A DNA stretch of 64,000 nt from a virus: positions 44,001 through 108,000 of the IMG/VR virus record IMGVR_UViG_3300047160_010630; one strand, written 5' to 3'. How positions within the stretch are numbered: position 1 is the stretch's first letter; each line of letters starts with the position of its first letter. Positions 35,564 to 44,891 of the stretch are shown piece after piece. Made by a program: the position numbers and the translations under genes. The notes below the pieces were generated by a model that worked only from the letters and a program-made list of their open reading frames with translations, was not told where the DNA came from and searched no databases.

Positions 35564-36190
35564 ATGAACGAGAACACCGACACCCCGATCTTCTACAAGG
35601 CCGTCCGCGTGAACGGCCGCGACTTCCACACCGACACCGTGGACTACGCGTCCCTTTGCGGAACCGGCCAGCAGCTTCCCGAGCTTCCCGGCGGCGAGTG
35701 CTGCACCAGCGGCGTGTACCACGCTTCGACGTCGAAGGCGGACACCCTCATCGGGGGATCATGGCCGTGCCGCCTGTTCGAGGTGACGGGCACGCCGGTG
35801 GCGGAGGAGGAGAACAAGCGGGGCTTCCGCACGCTCACGGTCGTCCGCGAGCTTCCCGCGCACGAGGCGCTCGGGCCCAACGGTAAAGCCGTCGCGGAAC
35901 TGATCACGAGGGTGGAGTCCCTGGCGGCCGAGCAGCTCGAAGCGTTGGGCGCTGCCCGGGGCGCTGCCTGGGACGCTGCCTGGGACGCTGCCCGGGGCGC
36001 TGCCTGGGACGCTGCCTGGAACGCTGCCTGGAACGCTGCCCGGGGCGCTGCCTGGGACGCTGCCTGGAACGCTGCCCGAAACGCTGCCCGGGACGCTACT
36101 GCCGCTTTGGTTGTCCGCGACCTCGTCACCGACGAGCAGTTCGATCTGCTGTACGGGCCTTGGGCTTCCGTCATGGAGCGCGAAGCGTGA
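35564..36190 (+). CDS. Hypothetical protein with a tandem AA(W/R)(D/N/G) tetrapeptide tract
   Basis: About 12 12-nt repeats GCTGCC(T/C)GG(G/A)(A/G)C at 35951-36097. Confidence 0.8.
   Translation: MNENTDTPIFYKAVRVNGRDFHTDTVDYASLCGTGQQLPELPGGECCTSGVYHASTSKADTLIGGSWPCRLFEVTGTPVAEEENKRGFRTLTVVRELPAHEALGPNGKAVAELITRVESLAAEQLEALGAARGAAWDAAWDAARGAAWDAAWNAAWNAARGAAWDAAWNAARNAARDATAALVVRDLVTDEQFDLLYGPWASVMEREA
35951..36097 (+). repeat. 12-bp tandem repeat inside a CDS
   Basis: gctgcctgggac / gctgcccggggc / gctgcctggaac units. Confidence 0.85.
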
Positions 36191-36579
36191 ACGCGGCCCT
36201 CGCCTTCTACCTCGCCGGACTCGCTGGCTGCCTCGTAGGCATGCTCCGGATGGACAAGGCGCAGCGCCGCCGGACGTGCGTGGTAGCCGTCATCTGGCCG
36301 GTCGTGGCCGTTCCGGCAGTAGGCTGGTTCCTCGTCTGCCTTCCTGGTAAGGTTTACACCGCGACCAGGAAGAGGAAGGAGAACTGGACCATGAGACTTC
36401 CCATCGCGTACAAGGGCCGCACCGAGAACGGCTGGCACCGGTACTACGCCCAGCGTGCGTTCACGAACATCCGGACGGGCAGTTCGTACACCGTCCACAT
36501 CGACAAGTCCCGTTTCCTGGCCTGGTGCGAGGCCTGGTGGGTGTGGATCAACCTGCGCATCACCGGAGACGAGATCTGA
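36187..36579 (+). CDS. Membrane protein, with a possible internal start at 36391
   Basis: Two TM segments; internal AGGAAGAGGAAGGAG leader before an in-frame ATG. Confidence 0.55.
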   Translation: MNAALAFYLAGLAGCLVGMLRMDKAQRRRTCVVAVIWPVVAVPAVGWFLVCLPGKVYTATRKRKENWTMRLPIAYKGRTENGWHRYYAQRAFTNIRTGSSYTVHIDKSRFLAWCEAWWVWINLRITGDEI

Positions 36580-37019
36580 TGAAGTCCTTCGAGGCCGGAA
36601 AGACCTACGCCCAGAGCCTGCCGGGCACCGAGGTCCGGATGCTGTTCGCCTGCCAGTCGCTCATCACCCATCCGGACTCCGGCCGGACGTTCGCCAGCGG
36701 GTTCACCTCCTACGAGGGCTCCAGCCTGTGGCGCGACGTCCCGGTCAACTACCGCAACCCCGGAAACTGGGAGCTGCTCGAAGGGCAGGACACGGAGCCG
36801 TACTTCGAGCCGGGCGTGCGGTACGAGTTCCGGCCCGACGGAGGCAGCCGGGTGGGCGCCGAATTCCTGTGCGCCGGGGTGATGGACAACCCCATCAGCG
36901 GGACCCGGCACGCCGTAGGGTACTGGCGCCAGGTCTGGGCCAGCGGGAAGACCGGCGAGTGGGAGTTGCGCAGCAAGCCCAGCATGCGCGACTGGTACCC
37001 GGCGAAGGAGGAGAAGTGA
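36579..37019 (+). CDS. Hypothetical protein with an internal duplication
   Basis: FEAGKTY / FEPGVRY repeated unit. Confidence 0.65.
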   Translation: MKSFEAGKTYAQSLPGTEVRMLFACQSLITHPDSGRTFASGFTSYEGSSLWRDVPVNYRNPGNWELLEGQDTEPYFEPGVRYEFRPDGGSRVGAEFLCAGVMDNPISGTRHAVGYWRQVWASGKTGEWELRSKPSMRDWYPAKEEK

Positions 37020-37252
37020 GCCCGAAGCCCACATGCCTGGGCGGCCAGACCGGCCGGTGCACCACCGATCCGACCTGGCGCGTGCGGGCGTACTCCGTAC
37101 CGGACTGGCGGATCCAGGACTCCCCTCCTGGCAGCCCCGGCCCGTACTGGGACTACGCCTGCGGACGACACCTGCACTACATCGCCAGCGAGACCACCGA
37201 AGGAGAGCAGATGACCTTGGTGCTGGAACGGATCCGGACGGACGAATCGTGA
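37016..37252 (+). CDS. Small Zn-binding hypothetical protein
   Basis: C......C...ACGRHL; GTGA overlap. Confidence 0.55.
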   Translation: MSPKPTCLGGQTGRCTTDPTWRVRAYSVPDWRIQDSPPGSPGPYWDYACGRHLHYIASETTEGEQMTLVLERIRTDES

Positions 37253-37638
37253 CCTTCCTCATCGTCGCCGGGTGCTGCCTGCTGTACCTGGTCATCGGCC
37301 TGGGCATCGGCCGGTACCTGTACGGGGCCAACCGGGCCGGGGCCATCGACCTGTACGCCGAGCTGGGGGTCCCGGACCCGGTCGACGAGTACGAGCGGGA
37401 GGACCACGACTTCGACCACGGGCTCTGCCGGGCCTGTGTCTTCGTCTGGCCGGTGGCCCTGGCCGTCCTCGGGATCGTCGCGCTGGCCGCCTTCGGCTCG
37501 TGGGTGGTGCAGGGGTCGCGCCGACGGTCCGCCTTCGAGAAGGACGAGGCCGTCGCCCGCCAGGAGAAGCGGGACGCCGCCATGCAGGACATGGGCATCC
37601 ACGACCAGGGCGGCGAGATCTTCGGGAAGAGCGAGTAG
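37249..37638 (+). CDS. Two-TM membrane protein
   Basis: Hydrophobic segments; VWPVAL. Confidence 0.65.
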   Translation: MTFLIVAGCCLLYLVIGLGIGRYLYGANRAGAIDLYAELGVPDPVDEYEREDHDFDHGLCRACVFVWPVALAVLGIVALAAFGSWVVQGSRRRSAFEKDEAVARQEKRDAAMQDMGIHDQGGEIFGKSE

Positions 37639-37647
37639 GCTGTCCGC

Positions 37648-38001
37648 ATGACTGCGGAACCGTACGACGGCATGTGCATTCTTGTCTGGCCCGCCGGACC
37701 GGCGACCCCGGCCAGCCCGATGGCCTGGAAGGACGTGCAGATCTTCGACGCCGTCACCGGCCTCGCGCTGGTGACCGTGCTCGGCTTGGAGATCTGTGTC
37801 GGCAACGCGCAGGGCTGGACCCCGTACGTGCCGGTCACCGTGCGGATCACCGCGCTGGCCGGTGACGACGGGAAGATCCTGGGCCACGGCCAGCCCATCG
37901 TGTGGGAGGATGCCGGAACCGGGGACCCTGTCCCCAAGAAGGGCGAGTACCTGTACCTGGTCGCCGAGATGCGGGTGGGGGCCGCCACGACCGAGGAATG
38001 A
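37648..38001 (+). CDS. Hypothetical protein (possible paralog of 45666-46043)
   Basis: GMCILVWP...WKDVQIF versus GCVIISWP...WSDVRYF. Confidence 0.65.
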   Translation: MTAEPYDGMCILVWPAGPATPASPMAWKDVQIFDAVTGLALVTVLGLEICVGNAQGWTPYVPVTVRITALAGDDGKILGHGQPIVWEDAGTGDPVPKKGEYLYLVAEMRVGAATTEE

Positions 38002-38011
38002 GGAAGAGAGA

Positions 38012-38533
38012 ATGCCCGATCCTTTCGCAGCTTTTCGCAGAGGGTTTGCCCGGGACCTGCACCTCCAGGCCGTCCGGGAGAGCAAGCGGGCCAGGTGCTC
38101 CTGCGGAAAGGCCATCTACGAGGGCCCCTCGCAGTGCTACACCGCCATGGAGCGGCTGCGGCGCCTCTTCCCGGGGGAGGGAACCCCGGAGCGCTGCTAC
38201 CAGTGCCCGGACGAGCGCCAGAACTGGCACCTGACGACCTCCCCCCTCCGGGAGTCCAACCGCGTCGAAGCGGAGGAGATCGTTCAGCGCCGGGAGGCGT
38301 GGACGGCCCGCCACCTCATGCTGTGCTCCCTGCGGCAGTGGGGTGTCACGACGTCCCCCTGCCGACGTGAGTTCAAGGCGACCCAGCGCATCCCGCGCTG
38401 GGGGAACGCGGTCGGTCACCGCCGGTCGGTGAACCGCTACCGCGTCAAGACCGTCGTTGTCGTCGTCCGGGGCTACCGGGGCGAGCGGGCCTTCACGCGA
38501 GGGCTGCGGAGGAAGATCAGGGAGGCACGGTGA
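38012..38533 (+). CDS. Basic Zn-binding hypothetical protein
   Basis: CSCGKAIY...CYQCP...WHLT. Confidence 0.65.
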   Translation: MPDPFAAFRRGFARDLHLQAVRESKRARCSCGKAIYEGPSQCYTAMERLRRLFPGEGTPERCYQCPDERQNWHLTTSPLRESNRVEAEEIVQRREAWTARHLMLCSLRQWGVTTSPCRREFKATQRIPRWGNAVGHRRSVNRYRVKTVVVVVRGYRGERAFTRGLRRKIREAR

Positions 38534-38853
38534 CCGACATGCCGGACGAGGAGATCGTCTGGGAGGCGTGGGAACGCATCCCCGACGACCTGGTGCTGTG
38601 GTCGCACGGGGACGAGCTGGCGGCCGGGCACTTCACCGACCGCACCTACGACTGGTGGACCTCGCAGCTGGGGCACCACGAGCGCGGACCCGGCGGCTGC
38701 AAGGACTGCGGGGACGTGTGCCTGCTGGCCGTCTTCCACGAGGCGGTGGCCATCTCGGTCATCCGCGAACTGCTGCGGCAAGGCCTCTTGAACATCGACA
38801 CCGGAACCCGCTACACTTCAACTACCAATCAGGAAGAAGGAACTGAATCATGA
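38530..38853 (+). CDS. Hypothetical protein
   Basis: Coupled ORF. Confidence 0.6.
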   Translation: MTDMPDEEIVWEAWERIPDDLVLWSHGDELAAGHFTDRTYDWWTSQLGHHERGPGGCKDCGDVCLLAVFHEAVAISVIRELLRQGLLNIDTGTRYTSTTNQEEGTES

Positions 38854-39188
38854 ACAAGATCTTCATCCCCCTCGCGGCCGTCGTCGGCGCGATCAGCCTG
38901 ACCGCGTGCAGCAGCATCGACATCCCCAGCCCCACCGCCCAGGACTACAGCGACCAGGCCACCATGCAGGCCGCCCACCCGGGCATGGACTGCGTGATGG
39001 AGTGGGTCGACCCGGGCCAGTACATGACCAACTGCTACCCGATGTCCTACCACCCGCCGTACTCGGTGCGGGTGTACTACCCCAAGGGCTGCACCTGCCC
39101 GGCCACCCAGTCGCGCCCGAAGAACTACCAGGCGCCCAAGAAGGTCACGGTCGTCCAGCACAACACCACCGTCATCCACAACCACTGA
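38850..39188 (+). CDS. Lipoprotein
   Basis: Signal peptide with lipobox LTA-C. Confidence 0.7.
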   Translation: MNKIFIPLAAVVGAISLTACSSIDIPSPTAQDYSDQATMQAAHPGMDCVMEWVDPGQYMTNCYPMSYHPPYSVRVYYPKGCTCPATQSRPKNYQAPKKVTVVQHNTTVIHNH

Positions 39189-39197
39189 GGGGGAGAC

Positions 39198-39440
39198 ATG
39201 AACGCTCGCGAAGTGCTGGAGGACAAGCTCTCCCGCCGCCACCCGTCCGACGTCGCGACGTGGCTGAACGACTACCGCGAGGAGATCCGGATCGAGACCT
39301 CTCGCGAAAACGTGGCCCGGATCCGCGCGGCCAAGGAGAAGCGGGACGAGGACTTCTACCCGTACTTCCCCGAATCCTACGGGGCCGAGACGGACGGCTG
39401 GGAATCGGCCATCGACTCCATCAACCCCGACAAGGAATGA
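39198..39440 (+). CDS. Hypothetical protein
   Basis: GAGGGGGAG RBS. Confidence 0.65.
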   Translation: MNAREVLEDKLSRRHPSDVATWLNDYREEIRIETSRENVARIRAAKEKRDEDFYPYFPESYGAETDGWESAIDSINPDKE

Positions 39441-39441
39441 C

Positions 39442-39873
39442 ATGAACGCTCGCACCCGCCACGCCCGGCGCATCCTGCGGACCACCCGGCGCGGTCCGTG
39501 GGGCAAGGGCCGCAACGCCATCAACAACTCCATGCAGCCGGTCTACGGCGCCGACGGCGAGATCATGCACTACCGGCTGGTGAACGACCCCTGGTACACC
39601 CGGCGCAGCGGCTTGTACCGCCCGGGGAAGGGCATCTCCCACCGCACCAAGGCCGCTCAGGTCTGGCGCAAGGCGCACGAGAAGTCCGCCCGCTGGGACG
39701 TTGGCCATGCCCTGTCCGACTGCTGCGGCTGGGGCAACGGCGAGGCCCACCACGACCCGTTCGCGTACGTCGGCTCGCTCGTCCCGCCGCGTCCGGCGCC
39801 GTTCGACGAGGACGACGAGGACTCCATGATCCACTGGGACGCCCACAAGATCCCCTGGAAGAGGAAGCGATGA
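39442..39873 (+). CDS. Basic hypothetical protein
   Basis: Coupled ORF. Confidence 0.6.
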   Translation: MNARTRHARRILRTTRRGPWGKGRNAINNSMQPVYGADGEIMHYRLVNDPWYTRRSGLYRPGKGISHRTKAAQVWRKAHEKSARWDVGHALSDCCGWGNGEAHHDPFAYVGSLVPPRPAPFDEDDEDSMIHWDAHKIPWKRKR

Positions 39874-40718
39874 GCTACACCGGGCGCAAGACCTCCGTCC
39901 GGCACCTGCCCCTGGACGAGAACGGGCACGCGAGCTTCCCCCGCAAGGAGGACGCCCTTGTCATGGTGATCTCGACCGTTGACGACCCGATCCCGCATGT
40001 CATCCTGTACCCGGACCGCTGCCGGTTCTGCGACTACTACCCGGTCTTCGAGGTCACCGACGACCTGGTCCGGCTGAAGGATCCGTGCCCGCTGCCGAAC
40101 GGCGTGACCACCGTCACCGAGGTCTCCTTCCGCTCCGGGAAGATCATCGTCAACGACAGCCTGTGCCCGATCTACGACTGGGAAAGCTACAAGAAGGGTC
40201 GCGCCAGCTACAACTCCGCGCTCGGAGCGGGGAAGGTGATCCAGGAGATGGCCGAACTCGGCTGCGCCTACGGGCCGGTCATCGGCGGCTGCCCCGATCT
40301 GTACCGCACAGGGGAGGGCACCTACATCATCGCCACGCCTGCCTACAACCCGTGCGTCCAGTGCGAAGGGGACGGCAGCGACGCGGACGCCGACTGCACC
40401 TGCGACGACGAGCGGCCCATTCCCGGCGCCGAGAAGCTGTTCGACTCCAGCATGGGCTTCGGCCTGTGGGCGTACTCCATCGCCGACTACGCCGACTGGG
40501 AGGCCAAGTCCCAGGCCTGGATCGACGCCGAGGCAGGCGATAAGGAGCGCGAGAAGCGCCGCGAGCGGATCAAGGACCGGGTCCAGTACGCGGATGTGAT
40601 CGACTTCCCGCCCGGCACCTACCGCTTCACCCACCACTCCGGAGAGAAGGGCTTCGTGGCCTCCCACGACACCAGCGACATGGTGATCTACGCGCACGTC
40701 GAACGCATCGGCGACTGA
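39870..40718 (+). CDS. Hypothetical protein
   Basis: ATGA overlap; GC3-rich. Confidence 0.7.
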   Translation: MSYTGRKTSVRHLPLDENGHASFPRKEDALVMVISTVDDPIPHVILYPDRCRFCDYYPVFEVTDDLVRLKDPCPLPNGVTTVTEVSFRSGKIIVNDSLCPIYDWESYKKGRASYNSALGAGKVIQEMAELGCAYGPVIGGCPDLYRTGEGTYIIATPAYNPCVQCEGDGSDADADCTCDDERPIPGAEKLFDSSMGFGLWAYSIADYADWEAKSQAWIDAEAGDKEREKRRERIKDRVQYADVIDFPPGTYRFTHHSGEKGFVASHDTSDMVIYAHVERIGD

Positions 40719-40890
40719 TGAAGCGCCGCGTCCCCCGGGACGTCCGGTTCGCCCAGGCAGGCATCGGCGGGCGCCCCCGCAAGGAGATCATCCACCGGTG
40801 GATGTCCCGGGCCAAGCGCGCCACCCACAAGCGGGAACGCCGCGAAGGAAAGACAGACGTGAACGAACAAAGGAAGGAGAGCGAGGAACC

Positions 40891-41259
40891 ATGAACGAGA
40901 TCAAGAAGGGCGACCTGGTCTGCTACACGGTGGACCTGGAGGAGCTGGAGAACCACGCCCGCACGTGGGAGGTCGAGTACGTCGCCCACGAGGAGGCGAA
41001 GGCGTGGATCCACTGCACCCTCCCCAACGGGAACCGCATCGACCGCATCTCCCCCACCTGTAGGCTCACGCGGGTCGCGCCGCGCTTCGAGCCCGGCAAG
41101 AAGTACACCCGCATCGGTGCCGCTCCCGATCGCTCGGAGTCGGTCTACCCGGTCACCGTCGTGGACGTCACCGACGACTGGGCGATCGGCTGGCGACGTT
41201 CCGGCGCGCCCTGGACCTGCCTCCAGGACAGGCGCGGCGAATGGGCCGAGGTCCAGTGA
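40891..41259 (+). CDS. Hypothetical protein
   Basis: AGGAA leader; FEPGKKY motif as in 36579. Confidence 0.65.
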   Translation: MNEIKKGDLVCYTVDLEELENHARTWEVEYVAHEEAKAWIHCTLPNGNRIDRISPTCRLTRVAPRFEPGKKYTRIGAAPDRSESVYPVTVVDVTDDWAIGWRRSGAPWTCLQDRRGEWAEVQ

Positions 41260-42152
41260 CCCCGGTTGCACACCGCATCCTGCTGGTCGGCGGCAGCCAC
41301 GATGGCGAGACGCGCGACACCGACCGGGGTGCGGGCCGGTACCTGAACCTCCCGGCCTACAGCGACAGCGGTCGCGGCTGGGACCACTACGAGATCCTGC
41401 GCCACGTCAAGCACGGCTGGGTGGCGGTGGACGTCGACATCCCCCGCCACGGCCAGGGCGCCGCCGTGGAGGCGACGCTGGCCCGAATCAAGGAACAGGA
41501 GACACTCGTGGCCATTCCCGCGACGGAGCTGCGCACCGTCCTGCTGTGCGGCGGACCCGCCGACGGCCGGGAGATCCGCATCCCGGCCGACATGAACGCA
41601 TGGACGGTCATGGAGGCGCGGGTCGGCGGACCCCGCACCCAGGTCTACGACATCGTCCCCAACACGTACGCGGAGAGCACGTACGAATGGGTCGGCGTCC
41701 CGCGCGAGCAGGACCGCCTCACCCGGGCGATGACCGCCAAGACGACCCTGGCCAGCGACCGGCAGAAGAAGGCGCAAGCCCTCGGGGCCGTGGCGTCCAC
41801 GCTCTCCCAGCGTGCGGTCACCATGCCCGTCACGATCGTCCCCAAGGAGAAGTGGGCAACCGTGGAGTTCCAGCCGCCGCCGACCGACCCGATCTCCCAC
41901 GCGGCGTTCCGGCTGGCCAGCGCGACCGGCATGACCGTCCGGTACGCGCACCGGTTCCTCACCGAGCTGGTCCAGCAGATCGGCGTGCCCGCCGCGCCGA
42001 AGGCGGCCGTGAAGGGCGAGACGGCGATCACCATCAACACCACCAAGCCCGCCAAGTGGCGGTTCATCGACACCGAGACCGGCGAGACCTGGCGGTGGGA
42101 CGTGGAGGCCGGGACGTTCAAGAAGGTCGTCTACCCCCACCAGCAGTCATGA
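41256..42152 (+). CDS. Hypothetical protein with duplicated (L)xGGxxDG domains
   Basis: ILLVGGSHDGE and VLLCGGPADGR. Confidence 0.7.
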   Translation: MTPVAHRILLVGGSHDGETRDTDRGAGRYLNLPAYSDSGRGWDHYEILRHVKHGWVAVDVDIPRHGQGAAVEATLARIKEQETLVAIPATELRTVLLCGGPADGREIRIPADMNAWTVMEARVGGPRTQVYDIVPNTYAESTYEWVGVPREQDRLTRAMTAKTTLASDRQKKAQALGAVASTLSQRAVTMPVTIVPKEKWATVEFQPPPTDPISHAAFRLASATGMTVRYAHRFLTELVQQIGVPAAPKAAVKGETAITINTTKPAKWRFIDTETGETWRWDVEAGTFKKVVYPHQQS

Positions 42153-42430
42153 CGAACGTCTGCTTCGCCTGCGGCCAGGAACTGGAGTACATCTACCCGG
42201 CCAGGGAGGGCGAGCCCCCGTTCACCTATGGCACGCACTTCAGCGCCACCGGCAACTACGGCTCCGGCGTGTTCGACCCGTCGGACCGCCGGACCAGCCT
42301 GCGCCTGACGGTGTGCGACGACTGCATGCACATCTACCGGGAGCGCATCATCATGATCACGACAACGCGCCCGGCTCCCACCTACCAGTGCCGTGCATGG
42401 ACACCTCCGACAGCGGAGGACGAGGAATGA
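42149..42430 (+). CDS. Small Zn-binding protein
   Basis: CFACG...GNYGSGVFDP...VCDDC. Confidence 0.65.
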   Translation: MTNVCFACGQELEYIYPAREGEPPFTYGTHFSATGNYGSGVFDPSDRRTSLRLTVCDDCMHIYRERIIMITTTRPAPTYQCRAWTPPTAEDEE

Positions 42431-42521
42431 ACGCGCCGGTGATACGCTCACCCCGTGAGTGTTGGTCCCCGTGCCTGACCCCCGCGACGGCAGGCACACC
42501 TGTTCGAACAGAAATGTACTC

Positions 42522-42821
42522 ATGACTGAGAAGATCACCATCAGGCCGCTTGAGGACCGCATCGTGGTCCAGCCGCTGGAGGCGGAGACCACCACGGCCT
42601 CGGGCCTCGTGCTGCCGGACAGCGCCCAGGAGAAGCCCGCCGAGGCGGTCGTCCTGGCCGTGGGCCCCGGACGCTACGAGAACGGCACGCTGGTGCCGAT
42701 GAGTGTCGCCGTGGGAGACCACGTGCTGCACGCGCGCTACGGCGGCACCGAGATCAAGCACCAGGGCCAGGAGTACGTCATCTTCCCGGCCCGGGAGATC
42801 CTGGCGATCATCGAGAAGTAG
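42522..42821 (+). CDS. groES: Co-chaperonin GroES (phage-encoded)
   Basis: [10 protein letters not shown]...[16 protein letters not shown]...VLAVGPG...VGDHVL..RYGGTE. Confidence 0.95.
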   Translation: MTEKITIRPLEDRIVVQPLEAETTTASGLVLPDSAQEKPAEAVVLAVGPGRYENGTLVPMSVAVGDHVLHARYGGTEIKHQGQEYVIFPAREILAIIEK

Positions 42822-42832
42822 CCTGACGAACC

Positions 42833-42859
42833 GGCGCACCCTCCAGCGGAGGGTGCGCC
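42833..42859 (+). terminator. Hairpin after groES
   Basis: GGCGCACCCTCC-AGC-GGAGGGTGCGCC. Confidence 0.6.
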
Positions 42860-42878
42860 CCTCAGAGAGGAAAGAGGA

Positions 42879-43166
42879 ATGACCGACCCGATGGACGACC
42901 CCGAGACGATCGCCCGCACCGAGCAGAAGATCATGAGCATGGGTACGGACCAGATGAAGGCGTTCGCCCTCAGCATCGCCGAGGCCTTCCCCGGGCTCGA
43001 CGACGAGGAGCGCGCGGCGTGGCTGGCCGACATCGACGCCGTGCCGGACACGTACTGGGCGCCGGACAGCCTGCTGCACTCCTTCAAGGTGCTCCAGGAC
43101 AGCGGCTGGAACATGGCCCTCGCCGTCCGGGCACTCGCCCGGGAGCAGGAGGAGAACCATGACTGA
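42879..43166 (+). CDS. Hypothetical protein
   Basis: AGGAAAGAGGAA leader. Confidence 0.65.
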   Translation: MTDPMDDPETIARTEQKIMSMGTDQMKAFALSIAEAFPGLDDEERAAWLADIDAVPDTYWAPDSLLHSFKVLQDSGWNMALAVRALAREQEENHD

Positions 43167-43299
43167 GACCCAGCTGTACGCACTCGAACTGCTCGGCGGC
43201 GTGATCACCTTCGGCTGCTTCGGTGCGGCCTGGTACCTCAAGCGCTCCCAGCGCCGTGCGGCGCAGTCCGGCCTACCGGCCGGAAACGACGAGGACTGA
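43159..43299 (+). CDS. Small single-TM protein
   Basis: AGGAGG RBS; MTETQLYALELLGGVITFGCFGAAWYLKR. Confidence 0.55.
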   Translation: MTETQLYALELLGGVITFGCFGAAWYLKRSQRRAAQSGLPAGNDED

Positions 43300-43368
43300 G
43301 GCCTTGACCCGCCGGGCGGGGAGGGGTAGTGTCTTCCCCAGGAACGAGGAACGAGGGAAGGACACACC

Positions 43369-43635
43369 ATGCGGAACAGCGACAACCTCACCCCGCTCGG
43401 CAAGGCCGTCTACTGGGCCAAGAAGGCTGAGCACGCGAAGACCGAGTACTTCTTCTCGGAGGAGGTGCGGGACCGCGTCCTGCGGCAGAACATCGAACTC
43501 TCCCGCATGTGGCTGCGCATCGCCGACAACCGGGGCATCATCACCGGCTGGTCGGTGGCCAAGACCATCACGGAGGAGACGACGATCGAGGACGACGGCG
43601 ACACCGAGATCGAGGACGCCACCCCCGATGCCTAG
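43369..43635 (+). CDS. TP..A..WA paralog family member 1
   Basis: LTPLGKAVYWAKKAE...LSRMWLRIA; promoter TTGACC-N17-TAGTGT. Confidence 0.7.
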   Translation: MRNSDNLTPLGKAVYWAKKAEHAKTEYFFSEEVRDRVLRQNIELSRMWLRIADNRGIITGWSVAKTITEETTIEDDGDTEIEDATPDA

Positions 43636-43864
43636 GATCACCACCGTCGGCGAACTCAGACGCGAACTGCGCCACCAGGGCTTCGACACCGTGATGGGCG
43701 GCAAAGGACACTGGAAGGTGTACCGTGGACGCCGCCTCATCACCACCCTGCCCAACACACCCAGCGACATCCGCAGCGTCCGCAACTGCATATCCGAACT
43801 CGGCAAGGCCGGGTTCAAGCGGCCCGCCACCCACCAGAAGAGCCGAGGAAGGATCCAGGAATGA
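43628..43864 (+). CDS. HicA-like mRNA interferase domain protein
   Basis: ELRRELRHQGF...GKGHWKVY...TPSDIR..RN..SEL.KAGF. Confidence 0.7.
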   Translation: MPRITTVGELRRELRHQGFDTVMGGKGHWKVYRGRRLITTLPNTPSDIRSVRNCISELGKAGFKRPATHQKSRGRIQE

Positions 43865-44331
43865 AGCCACCCTCCATGGACGCCGAGGCACGCTTCCGCG
43901 CCCGCTTGGCGGAACTCGGCGCCACCCTGCTCGACACCCACTGGCGCGGCACCCGCTACAGCTACCGCATCCGCTGCAAGAACGGCCACGAGTCCACCCC
44001 GACCGCCACCACCCTCGTCTACCACGAGAACGCGGGCGTGTGCCGCCAGTGCGCGGCCCTGAACAACCCGCACAACGTCGTCCGCACCGCCCGGTCCCGC
44101 CAGGCGTTCCTGGACCGGCTGGCGGCCGAGGGCGTGGTGCTGCTGGAGGAGAAGTGGCTCGGGTCCGACGCGGTGCACCGCATCCGCTGCGCGCAGGGGC
44201 ACGAGACCACCATCCGGCCGCAGGCCCTCACCCGGTTCCACTACAGCCGCAACAGGTCCAAGGCCTGGCAGCGCAGCCGCGTCTGCGTGCCGTGCAAGAT
44301 CGAGGAAGAGAAGGAGAAGAAGGATGGCTGA
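43861..44331 (+). CDS. Tandem treble-clef zinc-ribbon protein
   Basis: IRCKNGHE..CRQC and IRCAQGHE..CVPC repeats. Confidence 0.7.
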   Translation: MKPPSMDAEARFRARLAELGATLLDTHWRGTRYSYRIRCKNGHESTPTATTLVYHENAGVCRQCAALNNPHNVVRTARSRQAFLDRLAAEGVVLLEEKWLGSDAVHRIRCAQGHETTIRPQALTRFHYSRNRSKAWQRSRVCVPCKIEEEKEKKDG

Positions 44332-44536
44332 GATCCTGGAAGTCCGCCGAGTCGTCAGCATCAACCTGCTGGGCCTGACCCGCGACGATTGCTACGTGCT
44401 GTACAACGGGTTGGACCGGATGCTCAACGACCTGAACCACGTCACGACCCTGTCCGACGCCGAGGGCGATGCCGTGGAGTCCCTGCGAAGCATGCTCTCG
44501 AAGGCGCTCAGCGAGAGCGACTGGGAGACGAACTGA
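44324..44536 (+). CDS. Hypothetical protein
   Basis: Coupled ORF. Confidence 0.6.
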   Translation: MAEILEVRRVVSINLLGLTRDDCYVLYNGLDRMLNDLNHVTTLSDAEGDAVESLRSMLSKALSESDWETN

Positions 44537-44805
44537 TGGTCAGCCGACACGGCCTGGGGATCGTCCAGGGCAGGACCCCCATGGAGATGGCCGCCCAGTG
44601 GGCGGTGGACGCCGAGGAGGTGTTCGACTCCAAGGGCACGTACGAGTCCACGGACGACTGGCTGGGCCACCTGTACGGCACGATCCAGATGGCCCAGATG
44701 TGGGCGGCCGTCACCACCGCGTCCGCATGTGACGTGGGCATGACGGTGGCGGACCTCCTGCCCGCCGTACCGCAGCCCCTGGACATCCCCGACGACGGAC
44801 AGTAG
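44536..44805 (+). CDS. TP..A..WA paralog family member 2
   Basis: RTPMEMAAQWAVDAE...MAQMWAAVT. Confidence 0.7.
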   Translation: MVSRHGLGIVQGRTPMEMAAQWAVDAEEVFDSKGTYESTDDWLGHLYGTIQMAQMWAAVTTASACDVGMTVADLLPAVPQPLDIPDDGQ

Positions 44806-44891
44806 CGTAAGACCCCTCGGGGCCGCCGGACACCGTCCGAGGGTGCGCAGGACGGCGGCCCCGGGAACCGACCAACAGGAAGACGGAAACG

